This document shows positions 1-8,576 of a stretch of DNA of 64,000 bases, one piece after another. Source of the stretch: a virus; the IMG/VR virus record IMGVR_UViG_3300025101_002824, positions 1 to 64,000 of that record. One strand, written 5' to 3'. The notes beneath the pieces were generated by a model that was not told where the DNA came from, did no database searches, and was given only the letters and a program-made list of their open reading frames with translations. The position numbers and the translations under genes are program-made. Each line of letters starts with the position of its first letter. Position 1 is the stretch's first letter.

Positions 1-1965
1 GTTAATGATGACTTTGGTGATGGTATGGCAGGCTCAACTTCAGGCGGTTCTATGGATGGTATGATTGTTATTTATAACTGTGACGGTGATACTATATGGT
101 ATATGGATAATCCTGGGTTTGGAAATGTATTATACTCAGGACAACAATTTGCTACTCCATGTCCAATTATACCACCAACTTTGGGTTGTATGGATGATGA
201 TTATGTAGAGTTTAATCCTCAAGCTACAACAGATGATGGTAGTTGTTTAACTTTACATACATATGGATGTACAGATTCTTCAGCATTTAACTATGATGCT
301 GCAGCAACAATTATGGATCTTATTCCTGATTGTAACTATTTATTAGAAATATTTGATGCAGGTGGAGACGGATGGGGTAATTCATTTATAGGTATTTATC
401 AAAATGGTATTGATCTTGGAACATATACAATGGGACCTGGTAATTACGGTAGTTCATGGAATATAATTTTAGATCCGGGAGTTCCTGTAGAGATTAGGTA
501 TTTTGAAGTAGGTGGTCCACAACAACCGCCTCAAGAAGTACAATTTCAAACATGGCATAATTCATTTAAACTAACAAACGCAGATGGATTTGTATTATTA
601 CATGAAGGTGTTAATCCTTTTTCTAATAATGGTCAAGGAGCACTTCAATCATTTGAATCTCCATTCTGGACAAAATATACAAACATTCCGTTTTGTGGTA
701 ATACATGTGTTCCAAAAATATTTGGATGTATGGATAGTACAGCATTTAATTATAATGATTCTGCTAATACTCCAACTTTATGTATTCCAGTTGTGTTGGG
801 ATGTACTAACCCTATAGCTTTTAATTTTGATCCAACTGCTAATGTAGATGATAGCACATGTGTAGCAGAAGTAATAGGTTGTATGGACCCAACCGCATTT
901 AATTATAATCCATCTGCAAACACAAATGATCCAGCATCATGTGTCCCTGTTATATTAGGTTGTATGGATGATACTATGTTCAATTATAATCCGGCTGCTA
1001 ATACACCGGATGGATCATGTATACCTATAGTCTTTGGATGTACAGATGCTTTGGCATTCAATTATGATTCTACTGCTAACACAAACAATGGTTCTTGTAT
1101 TCCGTTTATCTATGGATGCACAAATCCTAGTGCTATAAACTATGATCCATTAGCAAATACAGATGACTCATCCTGTATTGGAATCATATATGGGTGTACA
1201 GATCCAAGTATGTTTAATTATGATCCGCTAGCAAATACTGATAATGGTTCTTGTGAGCCTTATGTGTATGGTTGTATGGATTCAACAATGTTTAATTTTA
1301 ACCCTTTAGCAAATACAAATGATAACAATTGCATTCCTTTTATTTATGGTTGCACTGATCCCTCTATGCTTAACTACGACCCATCCGCTAATACAGAAGA
1401 TTTCAGTTGTATACCTTTCATTTATGGTTGTACTGATAGTACTGCCCTTAACTATGATCCATTGGCTAATACTGAGAATGGCTCTTGTATTGAGGTGGTT
1501 ACAGGATGCATGGATCAAACTGCGTGGAACTATGAACCGTTAGCTAATGTAGATGACTCACTGTCTTGTTTGTATAGTGCAGGTTGTATTGATGGTCCAG
1601 GTAATCCTTATTGGTTAAATGATGGATGTTATGCATGGGTAATAGATGTAGATAATTATTGTTGTGAAAATGTGTGGGATGCAACATGTCAAACAATGTA
1701 TGATTATTGTCAATTAGGTTGGCCAACTAATATAACTGATTTATCTGCTACAGGTATTGTAGTGTATCCTAATCCTACAACAGGAATTTTTAGAATTGAT
1801 ACAAGACTAAATGTAGAAATAAAAGTTATAGATATGCAAGGAAAGATAATTATAGAAGGAGAAAACTTAAACACCATTGATATATCAGATTATTCAAAAG
1901 GTTTATATAATCTGCAAATAACAACCGGTGATAAAATATTTATTAATAAAATTATAAAACAATAA
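1..1965 (+). CDS. Cys-rich repeat protein with T9SS type A C-terminal sorting domain (5' truncated by window edge)
   Basis: Frame open from base 1 (VNDDFGDG-M). About 13 copies of a ~26-aa GC[TM][DN]xxAxNYxxxANxDDGSC repeat. C-terminus VYPNPTTG...VIDMQGK...IDISDYSKGLYNLQI...KIIKQ matches the Por secretion tail pattern. Confidence 0.85.
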   Translation, partial: VNDDFGDGMAGSTSGGSMDGMIVIYNCDGDTIWYMDNPGFGNVLYSGQQFATPCPIIPPTLGCMDDDYVEFNPQATTDDGSCLTLHTYGCTDSSAFNYDAAATIMDLIPDCNYLLEIFDAGGDGWGNSFIGIYQNGIDLGTYTMGPGNYGSSWNIILDPGVPVEIRYFEVGGPQQPPQEVQFQTWHNSFKLTNADGFVLLHEGVNPFSNNGQGALQSFESPFWTKYTNIPFCGNTCVPKIFGCMDSTAFNYNDSANTPTLCIPVVLGCTNPIAFNFDPTANVDDSTCVAEVIGCMDPTAFNYNPSANTNDPASCVPVILGCMDDTMFNYNPAANTPDGSCIPIVFGCTDALAFNYDSTANTNNGSCIPFIYGCTNPSAINYDPLANTDDSSCIGIIYGCTDPSMFNYDPLANTDNGSCEPYVYGCMDSTMFNFNPLANTNDNNCIPFIYGCTDPSMLNYDPSANTEDFSCIPFIYGCTDSTALNYDPLANTENGSCIEVVTGCMDQTAWNYEPLANVDDSLSCLYSAGCIDGPGNPYWLNDGCYAWVIDVDNYCCENVWDATCQTMYDYCQLGWPTNITDLSATGIVVYPNPTTGIFRIDTRLNVEIKVIDMQGKIIIEGENLNTIDISDYSKGLYNLQITTGDKIFINKIIKQ

Positions 1966-1969
1966 TAAA

Positions 1970-2320
1970 ATGAAATCAGACTTAAGTAAATTAAAAGATG
2001 AAACAACTGAAGGTTTACAACCAGGACATGTTGTTTTTGTAGATACTGCAAACAAATTCTACAAAGCTGAGTTAGGCGGTGGATTTTTTGCACTAACAGC
2101 ATTAGAAGATACTGTTGTAGATTCATCTAAAAGTACTTGGAATTTACATCATAGAGATGCAAGTGGTACAGGACAAGCTCCTACAATTAACAATCAAACA
2201 GTGGATTTTACAATTCCAAAAGGATTGACTGTATATATTAATATCCGTACACTTTCAATAGTGTCTGGAAAGTGTTTACTCTATGCTAGAAGAAATACTG
2301 CAACATCAGCTCAACTATAA
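1970..2320 (+). CDS. Hypothetical beta-rich phage protein
   Basis: 116-aa ORF, A-rich start, TAATG coupling to the next gene. Confidence 0.7.
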   Translation: MKSDLSKLKDETTEGLQPGHVVFVDTANKFYKAELGGGFFALTALEDTVVDSSKSTWNLHHRDASGTGQAPTINNQTVDFTIPKGLTVYINIRTLSIVSGKCLLYARRNTATSAQL

Positions 2321-3123
2321 TGGATATTTTAGGATTAGGACTACCAATTACAAAGACTTCATATTTTGAAGGTGCATTACCAACTCCAGATAGTGTAGGA
2401 GGTGAACAGCTTAGATATTGGTTTGATGTTACTGATTCTTCAACTGTTGCTTCTAAAAATCTTGGTAAAGCTGTTGTAATTAATTCTCTTAAAAATAAAT
2501 CAACTAATCTTCCATATACACTGCATTTTGCATCAGCAGTTTCAGGATTTACACCTGTATATAAAACTGATGGTTCAGGACAAAATGGTTTAGATTATAG
2601 TGAACATAATGGAGGAGGACAATCTTATACTATAACAGACAGTTTAGGAACAACTGTTGCTGTTGATCATGGTGATGAATATACATTTTATGTAGTTCAA
2701 GATAATGATGCTGCTAGTGGTGTATCAGGAATAGCAGGAGGTAGATCACCTAATGCTTTTGCTTTTAGATGGAGTGGTGCTAATTTAATACAAACAGCAT
2801 ATAATAGTTCAGGAACAGGTAATGATTCTATTAATCCTGCAGGTACTGCTGAAGAAAATTTTGGTGTTGCATCATTTACAGTTAGTGATGCTGCTAATGA
2901 AGTTTCTGCTAGATTTAATGGAGAATTTAATACTCCAGGTGTCATAAGTGGTACTGTTGTTCCAACATCTAATTCTTTTTTTATAGGTAAATCAAATATC
3001 ACTACTCAATATTATACTGGTAAAATCTATGAGTTTATGTTATTTACTAAAGTATTAAATGAAACTGAATTAGGTCAATTAGATTTATACGTACAAAACA
3101 AATATAATTTTTCTTTTGCATAA
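2320..3123 (+). CDS. LamG/concanavalin A-like lectin domain protein (putative virion accessory)
   Basis: YWFD...; FFIG...YTGKIYEFMLFTKVLNETE...Y...KY pattern typical of phage LamG-like domains. Confidence 0.6.
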   Translation: MDILGLGLPITKTSYFEGALPTPDSVGGEQLRYWFDVTDSSTVASKNLGKAVVINSLKNKSTNLPYTLHFASAVSGFTPVYKTDGSGQNGLDYSEHNGGGQSYTITDSLGTTVAVDHGDEYTFYVVQDNDAASGVSGIAGGRSPNAFAFRWSGANLIQTAYNSSGTGNDSINPAGTAEENFGVASFTVSDAANEVSARFNGEFNTPGVISGTVVPTSNSFFIGKSNITTQYYTGKIYEFMLFTKVLNETELGQLDLYVQNKYNFSFA

Positions 3124-4187
3124 TGAGAACACTTACTTACATATTATTAATTACATTATTATCATGCGCTGCACCAAAAAAATGTTGTAGTCAAATATTC
3201 AATGACTTTTTTAAATATTCTACATTATATACTTCTGTAAATGGTGGTAATTCTATTTCAGATCAAACAGTATACGATGTAGCTACAGGTACATTATTAA
3301 ATGATATAGTAGAAACACCTTATAATTATACGTTAACGTTAGGGATTAGAAAGATTCAGAGATTTCAATACGAACCACAGTTACCATTTAAAGATGGAAC
3401 AGAGACATCATTTAACGATGCAGCTACTATAGGAAGAGTAAAGAAAGGCTTTGAGTATTTATTTGAAGTTGATTATGCGAGACAACAGGGTAAAGAGTTT
3501 GTTAACCAAAATCATTTCTTACGATACAACACTACTAAGTGGATGACACGTGTGGAGTTTATGCAAGATGGTTTTGCAGACATAGAATATTATCAAGCGT
3601 CACAAAGATTGAGGTTAAATTCAAAGGGTAAACTCTCTTTTAACGTGGGGGCATGTCAGAGAATATCAGAGCCCTATGGATTTAATCCGCTTGAGCAGTG
3701 GATGCTTCCTAATGGATCATTACACTATACACAGTTAGCGCTTGATCAAGGATACACTGTGCAGTTTGATGGTGAAGGCGGAACAGAATATTTTAATTCT
3801 GATGGAGCATCTGTAGCAACTAGTAAAGAAGTATGGGAAGCTGTAGTAGTTCCTGAAATGTTAGTTAACTATGTTGCTGCTGAGAGAGACAAATTATCTA
3901 ATCAATGGGTGCATTCTCTTATAATTGGTTTTGATTACTATACTTATAAGAAAAATATATGGATGCATGCTTGGGGTAATGTTTTACCTTATCATTATAA
4001 TGACGGAGGTACATATTCATATCATAACTTTAATGATGGAAAACAATGGTACGATTATTCTGGCGGTATGATCTTTGGTTATAAAGTAACAAGAAATCTT
4101 GGTGCATTTATAGAAGGAAAGTATAATAAATATTGGGACAGAGAATGGTATGATTTTAAATTTGGTATTAACTATAAAGTATTTTAA
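3123..4187 (+). CDS. Secreted/lipoprotein, putative outer-membrane beta-barrel
   Basis: Signal peptide with lipobox-like LLSC; alternating aromatic strands; C-terminal KFGINYKVF with terminal Phe. Confidence 0.55.
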   Translation: MRTLTYILLITLLSCAAPKKCCSQIFNDFFKYSTLYTSVNGGNSISDQTVYDVATGTLLNDIVETPYNYTLTLGIRKIQRFQYEPQLPFKDGTETSFNDAATIGRVKKGFEYLFEVDYARQQGKEFVNQNHFLRYNTTKWMTRVEFMQDGFADIEYYQASQRLRLNSKGKLSFNVGACQRISEPYGFNPLEQWMLPNGSLHYTQLALDQGYTVQFDGEGGTEYFNSDGASVATSKEVWEAVVVPEMLVNYVAAERDKLSNQWVHSLIIGFDYYTYKKNIWMHAWGNVLPYHYNDGGTYSYHNFNDGKQWYDYSGGMIFGYKVTRNLGAFIEGKYNKYWDREWYDFKFGINYKVF

Positions 4188-4189
4188 TT

Positions 4190-4327
4190 ATGGCTAAGAA
4201 GAAAAAAGCAAAGAGTAAAAAAGATGCATGTTATCACAAAGCTAAAGCTAAGTACAGAGTATTTCCTAGTGCTTATGCTAGCGGATATATTGCTAAGTGT
4301 AGAAAACGTAGAGGTAAAATAAAGTAA
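4190..4327 (+). CDS. Small basic protein, 45 aa (not in ORF track)
   Basis: MAKKKKAKSKKDACYHKAKAKYRVFPSAYASGYIAKCRKRRGKIK; TAATG-coupled to 4327; the PSAYASG motif is familiar from small marine phage proteins. Confidence 0.8.
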   Translation: MAKKKKAKSKKDACYHKAKAKYRVFPSAYASGYIAKCRKRRGKIK

Positions 4328-4599
4328 TGGCTGTTAGAAAAACAAAAGCAGGAGCTAATCTTAAACGTTGGTTTAAAGAAAAGTGGAAAGATGAAAAAGG
4401 TAATCCTTGTGGATCATCTAAGAATAAGAACACTAAAAAGTGTAGGCCTAGTAAGCGTGTGTCAAGTAAAACACCACGTACATGGGGATCTTTATCTAAG
4501 TCACAAAAAGCTAAAGCTGTTGCAGAGAAAAAGAGAGTAGGCATGGGACGTAGAACTAGCTCCATTAGAAAAGGTAAGAAAAAATCTAAAAAGAAATAA
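4327..4599 (+). CDS. Small basic protein (DUF5872-like)
   Basis: LKRWFKEKWKD...CG...KCRPSKRVSSKTP motif; very K/R rich. Confidence 0.75.
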   Translation: MAVRKTKAGANLKRWFKEKWKDEKGNPCGSSKNKNTKKCRPSKRVSSKTPRTWGSLSKSQKAKAVAEKKRVGMGRRTSSIRKGKKKSKKK

Positions 4600-4603
4600 A
4601 ATT

Positions 4604-4834
4604 ATGGCAATGAGAGAATATAAATACAAAAAAGGTGGTCAAAAAAAGGCTGCATGTATAGGTAAAGTAAAAGGTGTTGATGTATGCTCATTAACAATGA
4701 GACAACAAAAAACACTAGAAAAACATTCTGTGCATCACACAAAGAAGCATGTAAAAATGATGGTTGACGCTATGAAAAAAGGTGCATCATTTGGAGCTTC
4801 TCATAAAATAGCACAGAAAAAAGTTGGGAAATAA
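4604..4834 (+). CDS. Small basic His-containing protein
   Basis: YKYKKGG; LEKHSVHHTKKH...M..G.SF..SH..A; TAATG coupling. Confidence 0.75.
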   Translation: MAMREYKYKKGGQKKAACIGKVKGVDVCSLTMRQQKTLEKHSVHHTKKHVKMMVDAMKKGASFGASHKIAQKKVGK

Positions 4835-5094
4835 TGGCAAGCAAGAAGAAAGGTGCAATGAAAGGCTGTACAATCAAGAATGGTTGTAAAAGTAAAAAGG
4901 GTGGACTTACTGCTAAGGGCCGTAAAATGATTAACCGTAAGACCGGTTCTAATCTTAAAGCTCCTCAACCAGGTGGCGGTTCTAGAAAGAAAAGTTACTG
5001 TGCTAGATCTGCTGGTCAAATGAAAAAGTTTCCTAAAGCAGCTAAAGATCCTAATAGTAGATTACGTAAAGCAAGAAGACGCTGGAAGTGCTAA
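4834..5094 (+). CDS. Small basic protein (DUF6321-like)
   Basis: GGLTAKGR...SNLKAP...RKKSYCAR...DPNSRL..ARRRWKC motif. Confidence 0.75.
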   Translation: MASKKKGAMKGCTIKNGCKSKKGGLTAKGRKMINRKTGSNLKAPQPGGGSRKKSYCARSAGQMKKFPKAAKDPNSRLRKARRRWKC

Positions 5095-5279
5095 TGGCAA
5101 AAAAAAGATTAGACATAAAAAAAGCTATAAAAAAGCCTGGCTCACTAACTGCTGCTGCTAAGCGTAAAGGTATGACTATAGCACAATACTGCAAGAACCC
5201 GCCTAGTAAGAAGGCCGGTTATAGATGTAGGTTTGCTAAAACACTTAAAAAAATTGCTAAGAAACGTAAGAAAAAATGA
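5094..5279 (+). CDS. Small basic protein
   Basis: IKKAIKKPGSL...RFAKTLKK; start at the TAATG overlap (5094). Confidence 0.75.
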   Translation: MAKKRLDIKKAIKKPGSLTAAAKRKGMTIAQYCKNPPSKKAGYRCRFAKTLKKIAKKRKKK

Positions 5280-6322
5280 AATGGTTAGGTGAACATATAT
5301 GGGGTTTTGTATCTAGATTTAGAAATAAACTTGTTATAGAAGATCGTGCTATACAAAATGCAGCTGCTGCTGAAAAAACTGTATTAATAAGAGGATCTCA
5401 CGGTGAAGTAAAACAAAGAGCTGGTTGCTGTGAAAAAGGTGTAAGTAAAATTAATACTACTTTGCCTATAACAGGGGGACCAATATTAGAAGAACAAGAA
5501 GGAACAATAGGAATTAATAATGCTACCAGTACAGCAGCTGGTGCAATGCCTGCAACTGATTTTGTTAAATTAGCTGGTATTGAGACAGGAGCAACAAGGA
5601 ATGTAGGTGAAGTAAAAGAAGTAAAAGGTACAGCGCCTGTAAGTGTAGATAGTACTGATCCAGAAAAACCTATTGTAGAAATAGCAACAGCTTCATCAAC
5701 AACCACAGGTGTAATGACATCAGGTGACTTTACTAAATTAGCCGGTATTCAAGCTGGAGCAACGAGAAATGTTGGTGAGGTCAAGGAAGTAAAAGGAACT
5801 GCTCCTGTATCTGTAGATGCTACTGATCCTGAGAAACCGGTTGTATCTGTTAATGATGCAAGCAGAACTGCAACAGGACTGATGACCAAAGCAGAATTTA
5901 TAAAACTTGATAATATAGCAGCTAATGCAGATGTAACTCCATCATGGGTACCAAGTACTAATCCTAATTATAGCACTGCAAAAAATGTAGCAGATAACGC
6001 AGATGTCACACCTAGTTGGGTTCCTGCATTTAATCCTAATTATAGTACAGCAACAGGTGTAGCAAATTTTGCAGACGTTACTCCTAGCTGGGTTCCTGCA
6101 AAAAATCCTCTTTATCTTACAGCTGGTACTCAATTTATTAATTCAATAGCTACTGCAGGTACTAGTGGACCAGCAACAATAAAACTAGGAAGATTAAATA
6201 TCCCGGACTATACTCCATCAGGATATACTGGATCATTTCAAGTTGTATCAAATATTGTAAAAGGACAACCTACTTTTGTTACAATATCAGTAATTAATGG
6301 AGTAATACAAACAGTAAAATAA
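5276..6322 (+). CDS. Repeat-containing tail-fibre-like structural protein
   Basis: Internal repeats GxMxxxDFxKLAGIxxGATRNVGEVKEVKGTAPVSVD (two full, one partial) and ADVTPSWVPxxNPxY (x3). Confidence 0.55.
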   Translation: MKWLGEHIWGFVSRFRNKLVIEDRAIQNAAAAEKTVLIRGSHGEVKQRAGCCEKGVSKINTTLPITGGPILEEQEGTIGINNATSTAAGAMPATDFVKLAGIETGATRNVGEVKEVKGTAPVSVDSTDPEKPIVEIATASSTTTGVMTSGDFTKLAGIQAGATRNVGEVKEVKGTAPVSVDATDPEKPVVSVNDASRTATGLMTKAEFIKLDNIAANADVTPSWVPSTNPNYSTAKNVADNADVTPSWVPAFNPNYSTATGVANFADVTPSWVPAKNPLYLTAGTQFINSIATAGTSGPATIKLGRLNIPDYTPSGYTGSFQVVSNIVKGQPTFVTISVINGVIQTVK

Positions 6323-6328
6323 TATATT

Positions 6329-6757
6329 ATGCCAGTAACAATAAAACCTGTATATGCTTATGGTACTAGAATAGTAAAAGCAAATGAGTGGACACCTGTT
6401 GATAATTGTGGTCCTAGTGCTAGTACAGCTACTCAAGCTGATACAGCTAAATGGAAAGAACTTACTATATGCAATCTTACTTCTGCAGATATAACCGCAC
6501 ATGTTGCAATATTTGAAAGATCAACTTTTGCAGGTAGTGTACCTTCTACTGAAGTAAATCCAGCAACAGTTGCTTTATTTTTACAAAAAGGAGTTGTTAT
6601 TCCTACTGGTGTAACATTTGCATTAAATGAATTATATATAGATAAAATGCATTTTGATTGTAGTGCTGAAGTTGATGGTAATGAACCTTTAGTTTGTGTA
6701 TGGATTACTGTACGTGAGGCAGGTTCTTATTATGCAGATGTAATAATAAGAAGATAA
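6329..6757 (+). CDS. Hypothetical protein
   Basis: 142-aa ORF in the + operon. Confidence 0.7.
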   Translation: MPVTIKPVYAYGTRIVKANEWTPVDNCGPSASTATQADTAKWKELTICNLTSADITAHVAIFERSTFAGSVPSTEVNPATVALFLQKGVVIPTGVTFALNELYIDKMHFDCSAEVDGNEPLVCVWITVREAGSYYADVIIRR

Positions 6758-6759
6758 TT

Positions 6760-6993
6760 ATGTGGAAATTATTTAAAGATAAAAATGATATAAATGAAAA
6801 GAACGTAGTTGGGTTTATATCTTTTGCTGTAATGGTACTGTTTGCTATTATAGATTTGAGTACTGCTCTTATATATATGGGGTATGTAGGAGGTGGTGAA
6901 TTAGAAATTAACGACACTATATACAACTCTTTTGTTATGGTAACATTAGGGTGTTTTGGTATTAGTGCATTTGAAAAAATTAAAAAATCTTAA
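6760..6993 (+). CDS. Small two-TM membrane protein (holin-like)
   Basis: Two hydrophobic helices, basic C-terminus. Confidence 0.55.
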   Translation: MWKLFKDKNDINEKNVVGFISFAVMVLFAIIDLSTALIYMGYVGGGELEINDTIYNSFVMVTLGCFGISAFEKIKKS

Positions 6994-6997
6994 GGTT

Positions 6998-7090
6998 ATG
7001 AAGAAATTTATTTGTATTTTATTATGTAAGATAACGTTTAACAAAGTATGTTTAGGCTGGTGTGAATCAGACTGCTGCTTAAAAAAATAA
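6998..7090 (+). CDS. 30-aa Cys-rich microprotein (not in ORF track)
   Basis: MKKFICILLCKITFNKVCLGWCESDCCLKK; fills the gap between neighbours. Confidence 0.55.
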   Translation: MKKFICILLCKITFNKVCLGWCESDCCLKK

Positions 7091-7094
7091 TATT

Positions 7095-7265
7095 ATGCCG
7101 GGATATAAAATGAAACCATACGGGAAAGGTGGTAGTTATAGTAAAGCTAACAAAGCATTACCTACTGGAAAAATGGGAGGTCAACAAAGTTTATTGACTA
7201 AATTAACAACTAGAGCACCAAAGCCAAGAAAATCAAAAGGCTGCGGATGTGGTGGAGAAAGATAA
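7095..7265 (+). CDS. 56-aa basic microprotein (not in ORF track)
   Basis: MPGYKMKPYGKGGSYSKANKALPTGKMGGQQ...KSKGCGCGGER; tightly spaced between neighbours. Confidence 0.65.
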   Translation: MPGYKMKPYGKGGSYSKANKALPTGKMGGQQSLLTKLTTRAPKPRKSKGCGCGGER

Positions 7266-7266
7266 G

Positions 7267-7659
7267 ATGAGTATACTAGGAACTATATTTAGTGGAGGAG
7301 CAAAGGATCTTGTTGAAAGTGTTGGTGGTGTTATTGATGGACTACACACTTCAGATGAAGAAAAGCTAGCCGCTAAACAAAAAATGAAAGAACTTGTAGC
7401 TACTTATGAGGTCCAAATGGAAAAAGAAATAACTTCCAGATGGCAAGCAGATATGAAGTCTGACTCATGGCTATCTAAAAATATTAGACCATTAACTTTA
7501 GCGTTCTTAGTTGTAAGCACAGTGCTATTAATATTTATTGATGCAGGTGTTATCAACTTTGTTGTTGAAGCTAAATGGACTGATCTATTACAATTAGTAT
7601 TAATCACGGTGATTGGTGCCTATTTTGGTGGCCGTTCACTAGAAAAAACAAAGAAATAA
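7267..7659 (+). CDS. Holin, 3TM gene-transfer-agent type
   Basis: TSDEEKL...RWQADMKSDSWLSKNIRPL + TM helices + YFGGRSLEK; ATG at 7267 preferred. Confidence 0.75.
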   Translation: MSILGTIFSGGAKDLVESVGGVIDGLHTSDEEKLAAKQKMKELVATYEVQMEKEITSRWQADMKSDSWLSKNIRPLTLAFLVVSTVLLIFIDAGVINFVVEAKWTDLLQLVLITVIGAYFGGRSLEKTKK

Positions 7660-7727
7660 TGGCGCAATGTGTATGTGGTAAAACAAAAGATGAAAATGGG
7701 AACTGTGATGGTTCTCACAACAGCTAG
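7659..7727 (+). CDS. 22-aa CDGSH iron-sulfur motif microprotein (not in ORF track)
   Basis: MAQCVCGKTKDENGNCDGSHNS; TAATG-coupled to the holin. Confidence 0.65.
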   Translation: MAQCVCGKTKDENGNCDGSHNS

Positions 7728-7732
7728 TAAGA

Positions 7733-8104
7733 ATGTATGCTTATCAGATTGACTTAATTAGAGTTATTGATGGAGATACTATTGATGCTTATATTGATTT
7801 AGGCTTTAGTGTAAAAGTTAAAAAACGTATAAGACTTGCTGGTATAAATACTCCTGAGTCAAGAACAAGAGACCTTGAAGAAAAGAAAAAAGGTCTTGCA
7901 GCTAAAGATAGACTTAAAACTCTATTAGAAGGATGTGATAAAATACTTTTAGATTCACAAGGTGTAGGTAAGTTTGGAAGATGTCTAGGTAAACTATCAA
8001 TTGATAGAGTAGATGGATCAGATAAACTTACTATGATCTGTGTGAATGATTTATTAATCTCTGAAGGTCATGCAGTAGCATACCATGGAGGAAAAAGAAA
8101 ATAG
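7733..8104 (+). CDS. Staphylococcal nuclease (thermonuclease)-like protein
   Basis: RVIDGDTID...RIRLAGINTPE...GKFGRCLG...VNDLLISEGHA. Confidence 0.9.
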   Translation: MYAYQIDLIRVIDGDTIDAYIDLGFSVKVKKRIRLAGINTPESRTRDLEEKKKGLAAKDRLKTLLEGCDKILLDSQGVGKFGRCLGKLSIDRVDGSDKLTMICVNDLLISEGHAVAYHGGKRK

Positions 8105-8105
8105 A

Positions 8106-8267
8106 ATGAAAAAAATAAATTGGATAAATAGTTTTAAATCTAATAATAAAAGTGAGATTTATAAAGTAGAACTTAGAATTGGAACTTTTAGTGCATTAGA
8201 ACTTTTAATAAATGCAGTTAGATTTAGGTTTATGATTTTTAACGTAGGATTTGAGATAGAATTTTAG
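8106..8267 (+). CDS. Hypothetical small protein
   Basis: ATG 2 nt after the SNase stop. Confidence 0.55.
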   Translation: MKKINWINSFKSNNKSEIYKVELRIGTFSALELLINAVRFRFMIFNVGFEIEF

Positions 8268-8283
8268 TATATTATAATGTATT

Positions 8284-8556
8284 ATGCCTGCTAAAAGAAA
8301 TTATAAAAAAGAATATAAGAAGTTTCAGTCTTCTACTAAATCTAAAAAAGATAGAGCAGCTAGAAATAAAGCACGTAGAGAAGGACTTAAAGTAGGTAAA
8401 GTACGTAAGGGAGATGGAAAAGATCTTCATCACCCAAATGGACCACGTTCTCAGAAGACGGTAGCAATGTCAGCTTCTAAAAACCGTGGTAAGAAAGAGA
8501 AAAGCAGAGTAAAGGGTAGTAAAAGAAATTATCCTAAAACAAGGAAAAAAAGGTAA
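8284..8556 (+). CDS. Basic HNH-like protein
   Basis: RNYKKEY...RAARNKARR...GDGKDLHH...SKNRG. Confidence 0.7.
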   Translation: MPAKRNYKKEYKKFQSSTKSKKDRAARNKARREGLKVGKVRKGDGKDLHHPNGPRSQKTVAMSASKNRGKKEKSRVKGSKRNYPKTRKKR

Positions 8557-8576
8557 CAATTTTAAAATAAAAAAAA

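Noticed and set aside
160-1560. Periodic ~78-bp repeats as a CRISPR array or DGR template/variable repeats
   Set aside because: In-frame protein repeats diverged at synonymous sites; no identical direct repeats with spacers and no reverse transcriptase in the window
7725-7730. TAG followed by TAA as a sign of amber recoding, as in some crAss-like phages
   Set aside because: PolB, TerL, portal, MCP and the 2737-aa ORF are intact in the standard code; the tRNA is Arg(UCU), not a suppressor
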